In this document: positions 57,601 through 64,000 of the stretch, one piece after another
Layout: every line of letters starts with the position of its first letter
Position numbering within the stretch: position 1 is the stretch's first letter
Assembly (NCBI RefSeq): GCF_964204645.1
Contig: NC_134026.1
Coordinates: 1,325,950-1,389,949 of the forward strand
Length of the DNA: 64,000 nucleotides
Direction: 5' to 3'
Origin: Tubulanus polymorphus
Taxonomy: Eukaryota; Animalia; Nemertea
Program-made: the position numbers and the translations under genes
Notes under the pieces: generated by a model
The model's input: the letters and a program-made list of their open reading frames with translations, nothing else
Told to the model about the DNA's origin: nothing
Databases searched by the model: none

Positions 57601-60600
57601 CATTTTTACACCGGTGCGTGTGACGAAAGCGTCAACTCCCATCATGGATGACACTTCAACAGCGGCACTAAAAAACAATCGTTCTCTCGGTTATTTCCTC
57701 AGATAGGTAAAATGCAATCTTGCGAATTGAATTTCGAGTTTGAATATATCATGTTTTATTTTGTAAGTATACCTTGGTTTAAAGTAGCCATTGACGTCAA
57801 GACTTCTTGGTGATGAGCCAAGTTTGCGCATATCCAGTTTGCCCTTGACTTTCAGACTAACAGTTGCAGTACCGTTAACTGAAAGTTTGATGGGCATACC
57901 GGTGATGGTTGGGATAGTCATGGATGTGTCCAAAAACATGAAGTTCTTGTTGTAGTTGATGTCGTGTTCTTTGGCCAACATGATAAGAATCTCCAGAATG
58001 TTCAGTTCACTCGCTTGCTTTTGGAGAGCCATCAAATCAACGAAGTTGATTTCATGACCGAACACCTTGAAGTACATTGTACCCTTGATGTTTTCTTCAA
58101 ACTTGTCAGCGAACTACAAAATAATAATGATGAAATTAATGATTTATGTAAAAAGCTTTAAGGAAAATGAGATAAAACGAGTGAATATGTTGATCATCAA
58201 TTATTTACCTTATTGTGCAAAGAGGTGATGTCATTTGGCACCGAGCGTTTGCTACGGGCGCCCTTCATGCTGTTACCAAAATATCCTTTGGGTCCAAAAT
58301 AATTCTCGACGAATCTCTCCAGACCTTCTACTCTGCCTCCGACTTCCAATAGATTCACCGACTCTCCAAACAGGTCGAATGTTAGATTCAACATGGCAGA
58401 TCGTGGGATGTATGACTTGGGTGTGAACACAACGTTGCTTTCAACTTTAGCACCTGCGTTCAGGGAGTCGGAAAAGAAAGATCCTTCGAGGTTTCTTGAG
58501 AATTTCGTCTTGTCGAGGTTAAATTGCTTCTTCAACGTTTGGTCTTCTAAGATACGTCTGATAGTCTGCTTGTGCAGGTCGGATGTCTCCCGGATGTTGG
58601 TCAAGTAGGTCCAGATGAATGAACCTACTTGGTTGACTGGTTCAACTTCCAACATGCGTTGTACAGCTGTCAGGACGTCGTGGCTAGCGCATTGCATCAC
58701 CGCCAAGAAGGCTGCAATACGGACTTCTACGTCTTCGTTTGTATCGGTCAAAACAGACATTAATCGGGATCGCTTTAAATTTAAAAAAAACGAAAAAAAC
58801 ATGTAATTCAATTTTTCATAATAACATGCATCATTCCTTTCACGATACGTGTTAGATGTAATACTTACGTCGGCATCACATGGCTGTCTACGGAAGGCAT
58901 CAATGGCGGCCAATCGGATGTCAATTGGGTTTCCAGTTTCAAGCATACAACGGTTCAGTGTATCGGAAACTCGTGTAGCGTGTCCCATGTTACCCAGGGA
59001 TTTTAGAGCGATGAGGATCGTCTCACGGTCTCGTGGGTTTTTGGATTGGCAGTTTGAGTTGAGTCGGGCCTGTAATGCCTGAGCTACACCTTGAATGATG
59101 ACATCCCGGTCACAGTCAGAATGTGTCTTGCAGTACGTGTTTACCATCGCGGATACCGACAGGTAAACATTCTTTGTTGGTTCACGTTGGAGGAGAGCCT
59201 AAAATTTGAAAGATTGTTAGTAACATTAAAAACCACATTTTTGACATCAACTGTAGTTGCATCAAAATTTGAGTAGAATGCAACTCATTAATAAAGTGAT
59301 TAATTGAAATTTAGATAGCTAAGAAGCAACTCACAGCAACTGGGCTAATCATGTCCTTGGTTGGGTTCTTGACGAAAGCCAATGATGATAACCAAGCATC
59401 AGCCTCGCTGTCTTTCACATGTTTTCTGTTGATAAGGTCAGCGATCATGCGGACAGATGCTGTCGTTCCAACCATTGGAATGGCATCGTGAAGGAATTTT
59501 CTGTAAAGGGTGAAGAATTTACGTATTTATTCAACCGTTTGTAAATGTAAACATAAATATATCAGATAGTAAGATACTTACTTGGCAGTTTCGTGGTTGC
59601 TGACGCAAACTTGTTCTCTGGAGACACGTTGGTGAAGGTCACGAAGAGTCCTTTCATCTATTTCCTTAATCTGGTAAACTAGACGTGCGAATAGAGCTGG
59701 TGTCTCTGGTCGAATTGACGATGAGGTCTGCGTGCAGATTTCACGAAGAGTTGCTAGACTGGGTTCGATGTCGCTGTTCTTGTCAGTTTTGGGGATTTCG
59801 TGTTCGAATTTCAGCGTCATTCGGCGTCCACCGGTCGGGCGCTCTGATACGCCGACACTTTCCCTGATGAATTCCAAGCTGTGACGAGCATCAGTGACTG
59901 CGCCGCTTGATTCTTTGGAGAATGGTCTAAACACGTGGCTTTCGACGCATTCGGCTTTCAGCATGCGTCCTGAACTGTGATATGTCTGTGTGCATTTGTG
60001 ACTTCCTTTAGTGATCGGAAGGCTCTGAATCTTCTGTAATGATAACAAACAACAAATTGAAAAAAACGGATGATGACAACATGCGCCCTGAGAGATGAGG
60101 TACTGAAAACAAAAGGTATTGAAAAACGTACTGTTGGTACTCTGTAGTGGGTAGACTGTAAGGCGGTTCTGTAACCATGTCGATCAGTACATGTTTGCAT
60201 GTCCTTTGATTTGGTAACAGTGAAACTTCTCCATCCTTTCTTTGCGACTTTATATTCAGTGTCACATTGGCCAGTAACATCAACCTAAACAAAAGAGAAC
60301 GCATGAAAATCGTTAGAAAAGGATCGCAGAAATTTCAAGCCAAAGCGTTAATTCTCCCATCAATGAAAGGATATTTCAACGCTTACCTCAGAAACTTTGG
60401 TGTCGATCTGAAGATCATCCATCGTGTTCTGGAAGGAGGATAAGATGGCTTTCTTGATGTTGGCCACCCAGGTTGGGTCTTCATCTCCGCAAACCTCATC
60501 GATACGGCCGTCTTGGAAGGAGAAGTGCATGGCATTCTGTTCTAATGCGCGACGGAATTCATTCGAATTTGGCGCCGCAGATCGCCTGCTCTCATCTCGT

Positions 60601-62673
60601 GGGTCTGACTCCTCAAGCGTCACATCGCTCAGCTAAAATGAAATATCCAAAATTTAGCTTCAAAAAACGTTGGAAATAATGTCTCACTTAATTCCTATTC
60701 ATCATTAATTTCTATAGATAAAAGTATGCTAGTATTTTAAGTCTTTATCGATGCAGATTCGCGAATTATCTAATTACCTTGAGGGCGAAATCGCATTTAT
60801 CGAGAACTTCAATTTGTGTTGTGGCTCCCATAAACATTCCAGAGTGTTCATCGCTTGCACCTTTTACCTTAGTGATTACTTCACCTTGGTATCGATACGT
60901 ATAAGTCGTTCCTTGTATGTAGTTGAATTTTGTCGAGTCTGGAGAAAAAAACAGAAATTTTGTGAACGCTGTAATCCACGGAGAGGAAATATTTCATTTT
61001 TCATATTTCAGAAGAGAATCAGTGAGTTTGTATGATTTACTTACCCGTGCATGTCCTTGAGCATTTTTGCCTATTTCTAGCGTTGAGCGGGCCTGTTAAA
61101 AATAAATGAAAACAACACCATTAATATACCAATAACTTTACTTTCATTTGATAAAGGTTGATATTTTTAGGTCAGGTCAGGGTTGAATAAGAATGAAGTT
61201 GCGCAATTATTGATAATGATTTGAAAAATACTTTTGGTTTTCGGTAATCAAAATTAGGATTTATTAACTGAAACGAATAAATCATTCATTGATGATGTTC
61301 CAAGTTAGTTTCTAGTAAATCCGGTATTTTCCGGTGCACGCGCGGAGTTTGCCTCCAATTATCAACTTGTGACTCATAATCAATTGATCTTCGAGCTCTA
61401 AATTACATGCGATCTTTAACCCCGAGCCTTTATCTACGACAATAGGTCGATGGCTTATTTGGTCGAGTCAAAAGTTGAATCCTTAATTACATAAACTTTT
61501 TTTGAAAAAAATATTTCAATTAGATTGAAATATACATGTATTAATACAGCGTTTTTTGATAGCAAGTTTGTCTTATAAGTTTTACTGAATTCAAATAAGC
61601 AACAAATAAACAAAGATTCCATTATATTAGTAGATACTTTAAATATATATATTACTAAGATTATTTCAGTGTTCATTGAAGTCGAGATGTGAAGAGAGAA
61701 AAAATCTCTCAGTAAATGAATCATGTGCTACCGAGGTGTGCACTTGTTTAGATCTGTACTGAAATCAGTACGCAACGCTAAAACCACTGATCTAGTTCAG
61801 AAACATTATTCATTGTTTTCCTATATAAAAACATCGTGGATAGATAGTTCCGAGAAAAACAACAAATCACAGTTACAGGAAAGATCATGAAAACTATAGA
61901 CTATAGAACTAACGTAACTAACAATTAGTACTTTTGATATGATAGTGTTTTCGCCTAATACGTTGAATTGGTGTCTTGCTACATTCCCAAAAAGCTCAAA
62001 TCAAACTTAATTTGAATTATGAATTTGGTATTTTTCTAGAATTACGAGATTTCACGAAACACTGTATTCCGAATTGAATAGAACTACGTGATCAGTGTAA
62101 GCTATGATATACGATGTGTTGTCTTGTTGTTATCAGTATGAACCAAATAGGCGATGTCTTAAAAAACGTTTTTGGGTTGACTTGGTAATAATTCCATGTC
62201 TCAACAACATATAAGATATTGTTGTTTTTTTGTCGTTGTTTTGAATGCTTCTTTCTTTCAAAACTTATTCAGAAATCAGGATATGATTTACAAATTATGA
62301 CAAGAAAAGATAACTAGCTGACTTAAGTTAAAAGCTTATCATTCTTTTACTAAATACTATGAATTGAAATTTCTAGTTTGTCTAAAAAATTATGTTTCTG
62401 ACATCAGGGAATCTTTTCATGAAATCAACTTGATACGTAAATAGATATAGCATGTTCTCCTCAAATTTCAGCTCTAAAAATCTGACCATCACTTTGATCT
62501 CTTCAATCAGTGACAAATATAGCTAATCAATTTTGATTTTGAAAATCCAAAATAAACAAACATTCAAGAAATAGAAGATATTTATGAAGTATGTAAAAGT
62601 AATTGTATGACTTACCGGCTATGGCTCCCGCTACTAGGAACGCTAGGACGAGTAAAGTCGCCCTCTGTTCCAT
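39629..62673 (-). CDS. Giant large lipid transfer protein (apolipophorin / apoB-like precursor)
   Basis: Signal-peptide exon 62673-62616 (MEQRATLLVLAFLVAGAIA). Vitellogenin_N/LLT exons (WVANIKKAILSSFQ, IALKSLGN, RIAAFLAVM, NQVGSFIWT, KFSRN, SYIPRS), furin-like RSKR near 58245, a giant exon 55875-44380, a helical region, a vWD domain (TFDG, GLLGTYD), a C8 domain and a vWA-like segment (ADVVFVIEE). Final exons 39807-39748 and 39637-39629 (GAT GCA TAA). Confidence 0.92.
50340..50750 (-). repeat. 165-bp (55-aa) near-perfect coding tandem repeat inside the giant exon
   Basis: TGAAGCATC recurs at 50356, 50521 and 50686. The peptide unit FSGDASSFNTKLSMKHSMTEPLTAELDFSKNSGVRTTFTMNGPCRYTKNVRLHF occurs twice exactly. 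Confidence 0.95.
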
Positions 62674-62724
62674 TATGTTCAGTAGTTCCAGGTTTTCTAT
62701 GGCTCAGTCGCTTCTTGTGGTTGT

Positions 62725-62872
62725 TTTTATACCATCCGAACGATTGCACAAAGTTCAAATTCCACTATTGAAGAAGATCTAAACCTTGCAAAAGCGCTGA
62801 CATTAGCTATATGTCAAGAAAGATAACGGGGCTTTGTTTTAACTTACTGCACAATTATTTGGACTTTGTACT
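62725..62872 (-). promoter_or_regulatory. LLTP promoter: TATA box, overlapping C/EBP-like and DR1 sites, GATA site, HNF4-type DR1
   Basis: Minus-strand TATAAAA at 62731-62725; TTGCACAA (62744) overlapping TGCACA-A-AGTTCA (62745-62757); AGATAA (62821); minus-strand AGTACA-A-AGTCCA (62872-62860) containing CAAAGTCCA. Confidence 0.55.
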
Positions 62873-64000
62873 TGACGTAAGTGCTTCTCGATTTCATAAT
62901 GGGTCGGATTAAAAATGGTTTGGTACAACTACCATCACGGTACACCAGTACTGAAATTCCATGTGCCAGCGTCGTGTTCATCCGCAGGACCTTTGCTCTG
63001 CCGTGTGGTTTTAATGTAGGGTTGTTGAACAATTGCAAACTTAGACGAATAATTAACATCTTTTTTTTACATATTCAAATGATTTAAAAAAGCATTAAAC
63101 AATTCTGTAATGAATGTTATGTTGGTTCCGGGTTGAGGGCACGGGAAATATAGAAATATTGCACAAAACGTCGAAATCAGCAAAAGTTTGAAATTTTTGG
63201 CAATAAATCCGATTGGACCTTATCCATTCTTTAATCGATAATCATGTGAGAGTGATTATTTGTTTACAAATAGTTTATTGGACCCAATTCTAAAGTGACA
63301 TAGTAAATATAGTTATCCGGTCCGTGCCTGGATGAAGTACGTGTGGCCGAGATTCGAACTTCACACTGTTAACACCGTTTTACGAAACACTACGTGATTC
63401 AGATTTAGTCACCTACGCAAATGTACCTTGAACGTTGGACGAGAACTTCTGTAGTAAAAGTGGCAAAAACTGTCATAAAAATCTCATAAAAGTCCTATCG
63501 AAATTCTAGATCCAGTTGGTGAAAGCGGTTGTTTTTCACTCGGAAAAGGAAGTCAAAAGTAGGGTAATTATCTCAGTCAACTATTTTTACACCTTGTCTC
63601 GAGAAATTTCTAAAGCTCACAGTTCACAGTTTGGACTTAGAACCTTCCTCTTGCTGTTGCATCTATGCACATCCTTTTTTCCACTGAAAATGATTTATCA
63701 AAAACCAATCATTTAGTTTCACTTCTGCCCCAATAGATAAGTCGTCCATTCGTTTGTGAAATCAGGGATCTTTGACAAAATGTTTAATTCAATTACATTT
63801 ATTCATGTATCGTCTGCAGGATCAATAGCCGAAAACCTTACTAAAAAGAACCGTCTGATGAATGTACTTTTTCCGGTTACAGGTTGGAATGAAAATCAAA
63901 AACAAAACAAGAGACAATTGAAGACAAATATTCATTAATATACTGCATTTTAATGTACATGCAACAGATTGACTTTATTGCGTAACAAGATAGATGACCA

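Overview
AT-rich, compact, intron-containing eukaryotic DNA from an invertebrate animal (probably a lophotrochozoan; the species cannot be determined from the sequence). I reconstructed nine protein-coding genes by reading splice sites and frames by hand. In order: a multi-exon CDC14 phosphatase (+); a two-exon IL-17 cytokine (+) with a cluster of kappaB-like sites; an intronless TRAF6-like RING/zinc-finger/coiled-coil gene with no MATH domain (+); three actin genes with almost identical coding DNA, each preceded by CArG boxes; a 13-exon divergent aromatic amino acid decarboxylase (+); a secreted CAP-EGF-ShKT-ShKT protein (+); and a very large apolipophorin/LLTP gene (-) of roughly 6,300 aa (hand estimate) containing one 11,496-nt exon of TPF-motif beta repeats. 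Non-coding features include two minimal hammerhead ribozyme motifs in probable Penelope-like remnants, several MITE-like repeats and microsatellites. No prokaryotic system, CRISPR array, rRNA or intact tRNA was seen. The best leads are the IL-17 plus MATH-less TRAF6 pair, the giant LLTP exon, the hammerheads and the actin gene-conversion mosaic. No database searches were run, so novelty is unverified.
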